Source of the DNA: Bacteroidota bacterium
GTDB lineage: Bacteria > Bacteroidota > Bacteroidia > 2-12-FULL-35-15
Assembly (NCBI GenBank): GCA_025963775.1
Contig: JAOQAD010000002.1
Location: forward strand, 25,974-89,973
Reading direction: 5' to 3'
DNA length: 64,000 bases
Both the position numbers and the translations under genes were made by a program. Positions 9,634 through 19,664 of the stretch are shown here, piece after piece; the first letter of the stretch is position 1; every line of letters begins with the position of its first letter. Under the pieces are notes generated by a model. It did no database searches. It was not told where the DNA came from and worked only from the letters and a program-made list of their open reading frames with translations.

Positions 9634-9725
9634 CTTTAAAACGCTGGATCATAGCATTTATTTTACATAAAATAACCTTTATAATTTATTGATTTTCAGT
9701 AATTTACAATATATTAGACCAAGTA

Positions 9726-9756
9726 CAAAAAAGCCTCTGTAAAGAGGCTTTTTTTG
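9726..9756. terminator. Bidirectional-type terminator after htrA
   Basis: AAAAAAGCCTCT-GTAA-AGAGGCTTTTTTT. Confidence 0.85.
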
Positions 9757-9790
9757 TCGATCAATACAATACAAGCCACAGCTTTGGCTT

Positions 9791-11254
9791 TTACATGCCG
9801 AAGCCATAGTAGGCTCTCATGCCATTCGGGTAAACACCTTCAATCAGCACGCCGCCTTTTTTTGTTTCCAGTGCAGCTTTTATGTCGTCAACGGAATTGA
9901 TCTTCTTTTTGTCCACGCTGGTGATGATAAAGCCTTCACGGATGCCTGCGCTCAGCAATTTGCCGGCAGTAAGCTTATTGACACGAAGCCCGTTCTCAAT
10001 GCCCAGTTTTTTCATATCGCCTGAATTGATATCTTCGAATGTAGCGCCCAGCGTATTTACCACTTCCGCTTTCGGCTTCTCCACCACATCTGTATTTCCG
10101 TTCTTGTTCTTTAATACCAGCGGAATGATCTTTTCCTGGTTGTTGCGTTTCAACGTAATGGTAACTTTGTTGCCCGGGCGGAAGCGGCTGATCTGCTCCT
10201 GCAGCTCAGGCACATTGTTCACATCCACTTCCCCCACTTTCGTGATCACATCGCCTTCCTTAATGCCTGCTTCTTCACCGGAACCGCCTGCGGAAAGCCC
10301 GTCAACATACACACCTTTAATTTCGTTAATGCTTTTTTCACTTGCCAGCTTCGCATCCAGGTCGCGGATGCTCACACCGATGAATGCACGCTGCACCGCA
10401 CCGAACTCAAGCAGGTCGGCAACAACTTTACGCGCCATGTTCACAGGGATCGCAAAGGAGTAACCTGTGTAGGAGCCTGTGTTGGAAGCGATCGCGGAGT
10501 TGATCCCAACAAGCTCGCCTTTTGTATTCACCAGCGCACCGCCGCTGTTGCCCGGGTTAACCGCAGCATCCGTCTGGATGAACGATTCAACAGGGAATTG
10601 TCCTTTTGCAGGATCATTGTCGAGAATGTTGATGCTTCTTCCTTTTGCACTTACAATTCCGGCTGTGACCGTGGATGTAAGATTGAAAGGATTACCAACC
10701 GCCAGCACCCATTCGCCCACTTTTACATTGTCGGAATTTCCGTAGCTCATGTAAGGCAGGTTGGTTTCCTTGATCTTCAGCAGGGCAAGGTCGGTGGTCG
10801 GGTCTTTCCCGATCACATCGGCAGTATAGGTACGCTTGTCATTCAGCGTGATCTCAATTTTATCAGCGCCGTCCACCACGTGATTGTTTGTTACGATGTA
10901 ACCGTCCTGCGACACGATCACGCCCGAGCCTGTAGCCATGGGTGCTTCCTGGTGCTGCGGTGCGCGCTGCCCGAAGAAATCACGGAATGGGTCATAGGCA
11001 TATGGATTTTGGCTCGTCTGGAGCGGGTAGGTTGTTTTTACATTCACTACCGCATGCACAGATTGTTCTGCAGCAGCAGTAAAATCGATGGATGCCTCAG
11101 GGCTTGCTGCCGGCATGTTCACATAGCTTACAGGGGCTTTGTAAGCAAGCATGGATGCCTGTGTGGAAGAGCCGCCCTGCAATAAATGACTGACACCAAG
11201 CGATGTTAATCCCCCGATGCCTGCAATCGCAAATACACTCAATATCTTTTTCAT
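9791..11254 (-). CDS. htrA: HtrA/DegP (Do) serine protease with two PDZ domains
   Basis: TNNHV, DLALLK, NPGNSGG catalytic triad; start moved to MKKILSV at 11254. Confidence 0.95.
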   Translation of the reverse strand: MKKILSVFAIAGIGGLTSLGVSHLLQGGSSTQASMLAYKAPVSYVNMPAASPEASIDFTAAAEQSVHAVVNVKTTYPLQTSQNPYAYDPFRDFFGQRAPQHQEAPMATGSGVIVSQDGYIVTNNHVVDGADKIEITLNDKRTYTADVIGKDPTTDLALLKIKETNLPYMSYGNSDNVKVGEWVLAVGNPFNLTSTVTAGIVSAKGRSINILDNDPAKGQFPVESFIQTDAAVNPGNSGGALVNTKGELVGINSAIASNTGSYTGYSFAIPVNMARKVVADLLEFGAVQRAFIGVSIRDLDAKLASEKSINEIKGVYVDGLSAGGSGEEAGIKEGDVITKVGEVDVNNVPELQEQISRFRPGNKVTITLKRNNQEKIIPLVLKNKNGNTDVVEKPKAEVVNTLGATFEDINSGDMKKLGIENGLRVNKLTAGKLLSAGIREGFIITSVDKKKINSVDDIKAALETKKGGVLIEGVYPNGMRAYYGFGM

Positions 11255-11431
11255 ATTATTGGTTGATTTTAAGGTTAAGAATAAATTGTTTTTTTGGATG
11301 CTGAAACAACACAAATTTTATTCCCATATTGCTGTTAATACTTATTTTTAACAATAATTAACGGGATCTTAAAAGGTTGTTTAACTTTGTATCCGGTTGG
11401 ATAAAAGTACTAAAAAACCGCAGAAAAATCA

Positions 11432-12157
11432 ATGACTAATTTCAGGGAAAAAGCACAGGTTTTCATCATCGGACTTTCTATTGGCCTGTTGATCGCGGGA
11501 GCTTTTTTTATCCTGAAACTGGATGATTATTTTAAGGAGCTGAACCTTTACAAAAAGGTCTCCCAGAGCTTTTCCTCAACTGAACAGGCTTCTGAAAGCA
11601 CTGAAAAAACAGAGCAACCGGAGAAGCAGGAAAAGAAGCAGAACCAGAAGCCATCCAAAAACAAAACCGCAGTGTACAGCGATTCAGCAGCAGCGCCGGA
11701 AAAAAAAGAACTTGTGCCGGATGCTGATACACTGAGAATGAAAGGCGATTCGGCAATTGCAATAATGGCAGCGGAAGATGACATTGTGGTCAGGAAAGAC
11801 GAGCAGCTCATGACACGGACGCTGGATGTGTACAACCTGAACCCTACGGCCAGCAAGCAAAGCAGCAAAGATTCACTTTTGCAGAAAGTAAGCGGCATCA
11901 AGGATGACAAAGCGGGCAGCAAACAGATGTTCAACATTGAGCTTTGGGCATCCCCACTGAATTATAAAGGATACAAGATGAGCAAGTACAAGATCGTGCT
12001 GTATGGAATTCAATCGCTTGACAATGTAAAGCTGTACAAGCTGGATGATGTGATCTACCTGAAAAGCGCTGCAATGGTTTACCGCCTCGATTATGCCAGC
12101 GATTTCAAGCAGTACGAGCGCATTACCGACGAACAGATCACCAATAAACTCAAATAA
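11432..12157 (+). CDS. Hypothetical single-pass membrane protein
   Basis: N-terminal TM segment, charged linker, C-terminal W.SPLNYKGY domain; first gene of the dapF operon; -7 box TAACTTTG at 11382-11389. Confidence 0.75.
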   Translation: MTNFREKAQVFIIGLSIGLLIAGAFFILKLDDYFKELNLYKKVSQSFSSTEQASESTEKTEQPEKQEKKQNQKPSKNKTAVYSDSAAAPEKKELVPDADTLRMKGDSAIAIMAAEDDIVVRKDEQLMTRTLDVYNLNPTASKQSSKDSLLQKVSGIKDDKAGSKQMFNIELWASPLNYKGYKMSKYKIVLYGIQSLDNVKLYKLDDVIYLKSAAMVYRLDYASDFKQYERITDEQITNKLK

Positions 12158-12158
12158 T

Positions 12159-12944
12159 TTGTTACTCAACTTCTTCAAATACCAGGGCACCGGTAATGAT
12201 TTTATCATTATCGACAACCGTACCTCCGTTTTCAACAGGGCTGATCATGCGCTGGTGGCAAAGCTTTGCGACAGGCGCTTTGGGATCGGTGCCGACGGAT
12301 TGATGCTGCTGCAGCATGCGCAGGGCTACGATTTTGAAATGGTGTATTACAATTCCGACGGAAGGGAAAGCAGCATGTGCGGAAACGGCGGAAGGTGCAT
12401 TGTTGAGTTTGCGCGCTCAGTCGGACTGGTAAAGAACAAGGCTCTTTTCCTTGCAACGGACGGCGAGCATGAAGCACTGGTGAAGACCGGTGCCATCAGC
12501 CTGAGGATGAATAATGTCAGTAAAGTGGAAATGAACGCGGCCTATTCATTTTTGAATACCGGTTCCCCGCATTACGTGGCTTTTGTGAACGATGTGGAGA
12601 ATTACAATGTGTTTGAAAAGGGAAAAGAGATCCGCTACAACGAGCGTTTTAAAGAAGAAGGTACGAATGTGAATTTCGTGGAAAAAAAATACAATGATCT
12701 TTTCGTAAGGACATACGAACGCGGCGTGGAAGGAGAGACTTATTCCTGCGGAACGGGTGTAACAGCGGCAGCGTTGGTGGCTTCGCTGAAAAATGTGGCT
12801 ACAGCCGATGCCTACTGCGATATCATCACACTGGGCGGAAAGCTGAAAGTAAGCTTTCAAAAGCATCCCGATCATTCCTTTACCGACATCTGGCTGGAAG
12901 GCCCTGCAAGCTTTGTATTTAAAGGCGAAATAAATATTTCCTGA
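12159..12944 (+). CDS. dapF: Diaminopimelate epimerase
   Basis: KYQGTGNDF, MCGNGGRC, ERGVEGETYSCGTG; likely TTG start at 12159. Confidence 0.95.
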   Translation: MLLNFFKYQGTGNDFIIIDNRTSVFNRADHALVAKLCDRRFGIGADGLMLLQHAQGYDFEMVYYNSDGRESSMCGNGGRCIVEFARSVGLVKNKALFLATDGEHEALVKTGAISLRMNNVSKVEMNAAYSFLNTGSPHYVAFVNDVENYNVFEKGKEIRYNERFKEEGTNVNFVEKKYNDLFVRTYERGVEGETYSCGTGVTAAALVASLKNVATADAYCDIITLGGKLKVSFQKHPDHSFTDIWLEGPASFVFKGEINIS

Positions 12945-12951
12945 GATTTCC

Positions 12952-13530
12952 ATGCATAGATTGAATCCATACACATTAAACATAGATAAGGCTTTTCATG
13001 AAGATGAATTGCTGAAAGGCGTTTACCTTGTTGTGCTGCATGCCTCGCGGATCCCGCCGCACATCGGGCTGATCGCCGGAAAAAAATATCATTCGCTTAC
13101 GATCAAAGGCCAGGAGACCGATCATTCCATTGAAGCGCTGCTGAAGAATATCCGCATGCGGAAAATCCCTTCGCTGTTCATTAAGATCAAAGCGCATCCT
13201 GTATTCAGCAACGATTTCCTGAAAGAACATTTTATCCAGGATGTGCAGCAGTTCCCGAAAGTGTCTGTTGGCGGGGCAACCTGCCTGAGCCCGGTTAAGC
13301 TGTTCTTTGAAAAGGCATACGAAGTTCCGCTAAGCAATGTAAATTATCTTTTTGAGCTGCTGCCGGAGCTGGAACAAAATAAGCTGGTTGAACAGGTTTC
13401 CGCTTTAAACAGCGGAGAAAGCACTTTTCAGCTGCCTGTGTACGACCTGCAGCAGATCCATTCCGAGATCAGGCTGGCAGAGCAGGAAGCGAAGCAGATA
13501 AAGCAATCATCATTAAAACAACAGGCATGA
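12952..13530 (+). CDS. Hypothetical protein, possible permuted papain-like (His-then-Cys) enzyme
   Basis: PPHIGL...YHSL followed later by TCLSP; tightly packed in the operon. Confidence 0.6.
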   Translation: MHRLNPYTLNIDKAFHEDELLKGVYLVVLHASRIPPHIGLIAGKKYHSLTIKGQETDHSIEALLKNIRMRKIPSLFIKIKAHPVFSNDFLKEHFIQDVQQFPKVSVGGATCLSPVKLFFEKAYEVPLSNVNYLFELLPELEQNKLVEQVSALNSGESTFQLPVYDLQQIHSEIRLAEQEAKQIKQSSLKQQA

Positions 13531-14045
13531 AATTAAAAGGGCAGATGGTTACGCTGAGGGCATTGGAGCCGGAAGACATTGATGTGCTTTACAACTGGGA
13601 GAACGACCCGGAGAACTGGGCTGTGAGCAATACGCAAACGCCTTTTTCGCGCTTTGTACTGGAGCAGTACATCACCACCGCTCATGTCGATATTTATTCC
13701 GCCAAGCAGTTGCGGCTGATGATCTGCGACAAAGAAGGAAAAGCGGTTGGCAGCATCGACCTGTTCGATTTTGAGCCGAACCACCTGCGTGCAGGCGTAG
13801 GTATTCTCGTTGCCGATAAAACCGACAGAAGAAAAGGCTATGCTTCGGAAGCATTGGAATTACTGAGAAATTACTGCTTTGATATTTTAAACCTTCACCA
13901 GATCTATTGCAACATTACCACGGATAACGAATCAAGCATCCTGCTGTTCCAGAAACATGGCTTCCAGATCACCGGGATCAAAAAGCAGTGGATCCGCAGC
14001 GGAAGCGGTTACAAGGACGAATTGCTCCTGCAACTGATCCGCTAA
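13527..14045 (+). CDS. GNAT (RimJ/RimL/SpeG-like) N-acetyltransferase
   Basis: LRALEPED, RRKGYASEAL, N..SI.LF.K.GF. Confidence 0.9.
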   Translation: MKLKGQMVTLRALEPEDIDVLYNWENDPENWAVSNTQTPFSRFVLEQYITTAHVDIYSAKQLRLMICDKEGKAVGSIDLFDFEPNHLRAGVGILVADKTDRRKGYASEALELLRNYCFDILNLHQIYCNITTDNESSILLFQKHGFQITGIKKQWIRSGSGYKDELLLQLIR

Positions 14046-14055
14046 ATCACCAATC

Positions 14056-16083
14056 ATGAGCCCGGGTTTAAAAAAAGTGATGTTGTTCCTGCTGCTGTCC
14101 GGCTTAGTGCTGGCCATGAGCTTTTGCGGGAACGACCATCCCGCTGCTGTTGCCACATCCGCGGAAGCGCCCGATCCTTACCTCAATCATTCTGACACTG
14201 CACATTATGTCGGTATGGCACAGTGTAAGCTTTGCCACCAATCGATTTACGATTCCTTCATTGAAACCGGCATGGGTAAAAGCTTTGATCATGCAAGCAA
14301 AGAGAAAAGCTCCGCAAAGTTTGACCAGCATACGGTGATCTACGATAAGTATTCCGATTTTTATTATCATCCGTTCTGGGATGGCGACAGCCTGAAGATC
14401 ATGGAATTCCGCCTGCAGGGAAAGGATACGATCTATAAACGTATTGAAAGAGTTGATTACATTGTAGGATCCGGGCAGCATACTAATTCTCACATTCAAA
14501 GCGTGAACGGCTACCTGAACCAGATGCCGATGACCTTTTACACGCAGAAAGGGCAGTGGGACCTGCCTCCCGGGTTTGAAGGCGGCTTCAATACGCGCTT
14601 TTCACGCAAGATCGGCCTGGAGTGCATGAGCTGCCACAATACCTTACCGGGATTTGTGGAAGGATCAGAAAATAAATTCTCGAGCGTTCCGGAAGGTGTT
14701 AATTGTGAGCGCTGTCACGGCCCGGGCAGCATCCATGTTCAGCAGCGATCTACGGGAAGTAAGATAGACACTTCGAAGTACATCGATTACTCGATCGTGA
14801 ATCCCGGTAAGCTCAGTATTGAAAGGCAGTTCGATGTATGCCAGCGCTGCCATCTGCAGGGAAATGCCGTCCTGAAGGAAGGAAAATCCTTCTTCGATTT
14901 TAAGCCGGGTATGAAGCTTTCGGATTACATGACCGTTTTCTTACCGCGCTATTCGGGCGCTGACAAGCAATTCATCATGGCATCGCATGCTGACAGGCTG
15001 AAGCAGAGCCAATGTTTTATCAAGTCATTGGACCAGTCGGATACGAATATGGCCTCTTTGCGTCCGTACAAAAATGCACTCACCTGTGTTACCTGCCACA
15101 ACCCGCATGTGAGCGTGAAAGTAACCGGCAAGGAAGTGTTCAACAATGCCTGCAAAAATTGCCACAATACAAACACGCATAACGGGTTGTGCTCTGAAAA
15201 AAAAGAGCTGCGAAATAAGGTGCTGGACAATTGTGTCAGCTGTCACATGCCGCGCTCAGGTTCCATCGACATTCCGCACGTAACCGTCCATGATCACTTC
15301 ATCCGTAAACCCATGAAAGAGGAGGAAGTGGAGAAGGTGAAAGAATTTATCGGGCTGTATGCAGTGAATGAAAAAAATCCATCGGCGCTTACCAAAGCAA
15401 AAGCCTACATCCAGCAGTACGACAAGTTTGAATACAATCCAGTGTTCCTTGATTCGGCGGAAGCGCTGCTGAACAGCAAAGCCATTACCGACAAACAGCA
15501 AAGCTTTGAGCTGCGCGTTCATTTGTATTTCATGAAAAAGAATTACGCAGGGATCATCTCAGCGCTGAAGGCGATGGGCGAAGGTTATGCGGGCCGTGCA
15601 TTCACCCACAAAAGCTGGGATAACAGCGATGCATGGACGCTTTACAGGATCGGCGAAGCGTATTACAACAGTTCGGATCTTAACAATGCTTATACCTTTT
15701 ACAAAAAGGCGGATGAGCTGGCGCCCTACAATCCTGAGTTCGGAAATAAACTGGGTGCTGTACTGATGGCGCTGAACAGGATCCCGGAAGCTGTGAATGT
15801 ATTTGAGTCGATTCTGAAAGAGAATCCTAAATTTGTACCCGCACTCACAAATCTTGGCTATGCGAATCTTGTCGCCGGCAAGGCACAGCAGGCGGAAATA
15901 TTATACAAAAAAGCGCTGGCGCTGGATCCCGATTATGAGCCCCTGCTGATGAATGTGGCCGGGCTGAGGATCTATCGGCAGAACTATAAAGAAGCGGTTA
16001 AGATACTGGAAAAGGTGCTGAAGAAAAACCCGGGAAATGAGCAGGCGAAGGGCGTATTGCTGAAATTAAAATCTGTCAACTAA
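14056..16083 (+). CDS. Multiheme c-type cytochrome (7 CxxCH) with C-terminal TPRs, putative lipoprotein
   Basis: CKLCH, CMSCH, CERCH, CQRCH, CVTCH, CKNCH, CVSCH; signal peptide ending AMSFC; TPR-like repeats at the C-terminus. Confidence 0.85.
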   Translation: MSPGLKKVMLFLLLSGLVLAMSFCGNDHPAAVATSAEAPDPYLNHSDTAHYVGMAQCKLCHQSIYDSFIETGMGKSFDHASKEKSSAKFDQHTVIYDKYSDFYYHPFWDGDSLKIMEFRLQGKDTIYKRIERVDYIVGSGQHTNSHIQSVNGYLNQMPMTFYTQKGQWDLPPGFEGGFNTRFSRKIGLECMSCHNTLPGFVEGSENKFSSVPEGVNCERCHGPGSIHVQQRSTGSKIDTSKYIDYSIVNPGKLSIERQFDVCQRCHLQGNAVLKEGKSFFDFKPGMKLSDYMTVFLPRYSGADKQFIMASHADRLKQSQCFIKSLDQSDTNMASLRPYKNALTCVTCHNPHVSVKVTGKEVFNNACKNCHNTNTHNGLCSEKKELRNKVLDNCVSCHMPRSGSIDIPHVTVHDHFIRKPMKEEEVEKVKEFIGLYAVNEKNPSALTKAKAYIQQYDKFEYNPVFLDSAEALLNSKAITDKQQSFELRVHLYFMKKNYAGIISALKAMGEGYAGRAFTHKSWDNSDAWTLYRIGEAYYNSSDLNNAYTFYKKADELAPYNPEFGNKLGAVLMALNRIPEAVNVFESILKENPKFVPALTNLGYANLVAGKAQQAEILYKKALALDPDYEPLLMNVAGLRIYRQNYKEAVKILEKVLKKNPGNEQAKGVLLKLKSVN

Positions 16084-16106
16084 AATCATGCGAAGCGTTT
16101 CGTAAC

Positions 16107-17168
16107 ATGGCAAAAAAGAAATCAAGTTCATCCTTTTTTAAAAAGATGATTATTGCGATAGTGTTCATTCTTCTGCTTGCGGGCGGAATCGGCGGCTACT
16201 GGGCCTATGTGAACCTGTACCAGCCGAACGTGAACCTGGGCGATAAAAAATCAACGATCATTTATATTCCTACGGGTTCCGATTTTGATGATGTGCTGCG
16301 CATACTGAACCAGAACAATGTGCTGAAGAACCGCACATCTTTCGAATGGCTGGCAGAGAAGAAAAAATACAAGAATGCCGTAAAGCCCGGCAAATACCGA
16401 ATCCTTGCGAAGATGAGCAACAATGCGCTGGTGAACCTGCTGAGAGCCGGCATCCAGGAGCCGATCGAAATTAATTTCAACGGGCTGCATACGGTGGACC
16501 AGCTGATTATGAGAGTGGGGCGGAGGATCGAAGCGGATTCAACGGAGTTGCTCGCCGCTGTTCATGACAATGCCTACCTTGATAAATACGGGTTCAACGA
16601 GGATAATGTACAGGCCTTGTTCATTCCGAATACTTACGAATTTTACTGGAACACTTCCCTCGATGAGTTCTTTGAGCGCATGGCGAAAGAGTATAAAAAA
16701 TTCTGGACGGATGAGCGCAAGCAGAAAGCAAAGAAGATCGGATATTCTCAAACAGAGATCGCTACGCTGGCTTCCATTGTGCAGTCGGAACAATGCTGCG
16801 ACAACGAAGAGAAGAAAACTATCGCCGGGTTGTACATCAATCGCCTGAAGGCAGATATGGCTTTGCAGTCGGATCCTACAGTCATTTATGCGGTCGGTGA
16901 TTTCACGATCCAGCGGGTATCAACAGAGCAAACGCGCATCGATTCGCCTTACAACACTTACATGAACAAAGGCCTGCCGCCGGGCCCGATCGCGTTCGCG
17001 CAGCAATCATCCATTGATGCCGTGCTGAATTACGAGGACAATGATTACATCTATATGTGTGCGAAGGAAGACCTTTCCGGAAAGCATTATTTCGCAAAGA
17101 CCTACGACCAGCATTGCGTGTATGCGAAGAAATACCGCGATGCGCTGAATGCGAGGAATATTCATTAA
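16107..17168 (+). CDS. mltG: Endolytic murein transglycosylase MltG
   Basis: ASIVQSE, LQSDPT, SPYNTY..GLPPGPI, H.FAKTY..H. Confidence 0.95.
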   Translation: MAKKKSSSSFFKKMIIAIVFILLLAGGIGGYWAYVNLYQPNVNLGDKKSTIIYIPTGSDFDDVLRILNQNNVLKNRTSFEWLAEKKKYKNAVKPGKYRILAKMSNNALVNLLRAGIQEPIEINFNGLHTVDQLIMRVGRRIEADSTELLAAVHDNAYLDKYGFNEDNVQALFIPNTYEFYWNTSLDEFFERMAKEYKKFWTDERKQKAKKIGYSQTEIATLASIVQSEQCCDNEEKKTIAGLYINRLKADMALQSDPTVIYAVGDFTIQRVSTEQTRIDSPYNTYMNKGLPPGPIAFAQQSSIDAVLNYEDNDYIYMCAKEDLSGKHYFAKTYDQHCVYAKKYRDALNARNIH

Positions 17169-17851
17169 ACCGGCATCCTTACAGGTTCCGGTTCGGGCCG
17201 GTTTTTAACATGTTCAGCCAGCTCCTTCTCAAATTCGTGAGCCCTTGTGAGCATGATGAGTGTTACAGTAACTGCAACCACGCCTACAATGCCTGATATG
17301 ATCAGTGCCATTGTTGAATTCATAAGTCCGGGAACAGTATCGGTTGAGATGAAACGCAATGTAATGTTGGCTATGAGGTTGTTTGTCAGCCAAAAAGCCC
17401 ACCACCAGCCTACGAGGGCAGAAGAAACATTCAATTCACTGTTAGCCCCGTTTACCTGTTCCTGGCTTTCGTCCCAGATCTCACGCATGATCACGTATGG
17501 CCTCCCAAGATTCAGAAAAGGCACGAACCATGCACCGATGGCCCATCCCGCAGTGTGATTCAATGTCCTGACCCCGAGCAGGTGCAGGTTCTTGTATGCC
17601 CTGTAAAACCAGGTGATGAATACGACCATTGAAGCAAGCAGGGCAAGTGTGAGCAGTACGCTAAGCGTTACCTGGCGGATTGTGTTGCTGCTCGCATCTC
17701 CTGCACTAATCGCAATACCATTCAGGGCATTTGACAACAGCCGGTATTGCATATAATTCGAATAAATGGAAATGATCTTTAATCCGAGGATCGAGTAAAA
17801 GATGATCTTCAGCGCTTTTGCAAGCGAGCTGTTTTTTAAAAGAGTAGTCAT
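17165..17851 (-). CDS. DUF4328-like membrane protein
   Basis: WFYRAYKNL...GWAIGAWFVPFLNL..PY..EIW; start moved to MTTLLK. Confidence 0.8.
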   Translation of the reverse strand: MTTLLKNSSLAKALKIIFYSILGLKIISIYSNYMQYRLLSNALNGIAISAGDASSNTIRQVTLSVLLTLALLASMVVFITWFYRAYKNLHLLGVRTLNHTAGWAIGAWFVPFLNLGRPYVIMREIWDESQEQVNGANSELNVSSALVGWWWAFWLTNNLIANITLRFISTDTVPGLMNSTMALIISGIVGVVAVTVTLIMLTRAHEFEKELAEHVKNRPEPEPVRMPV

Positions 17852-17978
17852 TGCATTAAGTTTAGTAGTGTTCCGTTTGCCGGACCGATGCCGCAAGATA
17901 TGCAATAAAAGTATTTTTTTTGCCGGTTTTTGCAGGGAATATTGTAAACCGCAAGCCTTCATAATTTTCCAAAAAGAC

Positions 17979-17986
17979 TATCTTTG
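17979..17986 (+). promoter_or_regulatory. -7 box TATCTTTG for pgm
   Basis: Exact match, 18 nt upstream of the ATG. Confidence 0.65.
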
Positions 17987-18004
17987 CAGCCTAACTAATC
18001 GGAT

Positions 18005-19411
18005 ATGACAAAGATCAAATTTGGAACAGACGGATGGAGAGCCATCATCGCGAAAGATTTTACAGTTGAGAATGTTGCACGCGTTACGATCGCGACAGCG
18101 GAATGGGTGAAAAAGAATTTTGAAAAGCCTTCCGTGGTGGTTGGCCACGATTGCCGCTTTGCAGGCGAGCTGTTTGCTGAAACCACAGCAAAAGTGCTGG
18201 CGAATGCAGGCATCAAAGTTTTTCTTGCGAAAGATTTTGTTTCCACGCCAATGGTCTCTCTCGGCACCAAGCGCCTGAATGCCTCATTGGGCGTGATCAT
18301 TACAGCTTCACACAACCCACCTTCCTACAACGGCTATAAATTAAAAGGACATTTCGGCGGGCCGCTGCTGCCGGCTGACATTCAGAAAATAGAAGATATC
18401 ATCCCGGATAAAAACAACATTGATGTGGAAAGCATATCGATCAGCGACCTTGTGAAAAAAGGAATGATCGAGTATGTCGACCTCGAAACAATGTACGTGG
18501 AGCACGTGGAGAAAAATTTCGATATGGAAGCGATCCGCAATACCAATATGAACTTCGCGTATGATGCGATGTTCGGTGCGGGCCAAAATGTAATGCGCAG
18601 GTTATTACCGGACATTACCTTTATGCACTGCGAGCATAATCCAGGCTTCGAAGGACAGGCGCCGGAGCCGATCCACAAGAACTTACAGCCATTCTCCTCG
18701 ATGATCAAAGAGAGCGAAGATATCGACTGTGGGTTGGCGACAGACGGTGATGCCGACAGGATCGGGCTTTATAACGGCAAGGGAGAATTCGTTGATTCAC
18801 ATCATATCATCCTGTTGCTGATCAATTATTTGGTGAGCCAGAAAAAATTCACAGGAAAGGTTGTGAATGCATTTTCGGTTACGCCGCGTGTGAAAAAAAT
18901 GTGCGAGCATTACGGATTGGAATACCAGGTGGTGCAGATCGGCTTCAAGCACATTGCCGGGATTATGATCTCGGAAGATGTGTTGTTGGGCGGGGAAGAG
19001 AGCGGGGGCATCGCGATCAAAGGGCATATTCCTGAGCGCGACGGGATCTGGATGGGATTAACGATCTGGGAATACATGGTAAAGTCAGGCAAAACGCTTG
19101 ACCAGCTGATCGCGGAAGTGTATAAAATTGTGGGTGAATTCAAATTCGAGCGCAGTGATATGCACCTGGAAGAAGGATTGAAGAATGCGATCGTTGAAAA
19201 CTGTAAGAACAATAAATACAAGGCATTCGGGCCTTATACCATCGACCGTGTTGAAACTATTGATGGCTGGAAATATTTCTTCAGCAATGGCGACTGGCTG
19301 ATGATCCGCGCTTCGGGAACGGAGCCGGTGCTGCGTAATTATGCAGAATCAGAAACTACTGAAAAGGCATTTGCGATATTGAAAGCCGCAGAGAAAGAAT
19401 TGCTGGGGTAA
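18005..19411 (+). CDS. Phosphoglucomutase/phosphomannomutase
   Basis: FGTDGWR, TASHNP, DGDADR, GEESG, RASGTEP. Confidence 0.95.
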   Translation: MTKIKFGTDGWRAIIAKDFTVENVARVTIATAEWVKKNFEKPSVVVGHDCRFAGELFAETTAKVLANAGIKVFLAKDFVSTPMVSLGTKRLNASLGVIITASHNPPSYNGYKLKGHFGGPLLPADIQKIEDIIPDKNNIDVESISISDLVKKGMIEYVDLETMYVEHVEKNFDMEAIRNTNMNFAYDAMFGAGQNVMRRLLPDITFMHCEHNPGFEGQAPEPIHKNLQPFSSMIKESEDIDCGLATDGDADRIGLYNGKGEFVDSHHIILLLINYLVSQKKFTGKVVNAFSVTPRVKKMCEHYGLEYQVVQIGFKHIAGIMISEDVLLGGEESGGIAIKGHIPERDGIWMGLTIWEYMVKSGKTLDQLIAEVYKIVGEFKFERSDMHLEEGLKNAIVENCKNNKYKAFGPYTIDRVETIDGWKYFFSNGDWLMIRASGTEPVLRNYAESETTEKAFAILKAAEKELLG

Positions 19412-19520
19412 TAGTTCAGAGTGCCTGGTTTGTAGTTGGTGGACGGTTGACCTGAATCTCCCGCACTGACAATGCACAATAGTTACTTTGAGTGAGAATC
19501 TGCATTTTTACCGGGACCAC

Positions 19521-19632
19521 CGTCATTCCGTGCCACGACACGGAATCTCTCTCATAAGGTTAGGGGAATTCAGTAAGCTTTAGAACGTGGGGTGTTTTAG
19601 AATAAGATCCCTCGGGCAAGCTCGGGATGACA
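19521..19632. repeat. REP-like doublet
   Basis: CGTCATTCCGTGCCACGACACGGAATCT (19521-19548) facing GAATAAGATCCCTCGGGCAAGCTCGGGATGACA (19600-19632). Confidence 0.85.
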
Positions 19633-19664
19633 AAGTGCAGGTAAACAATTCGTTGCCCGTAAAC

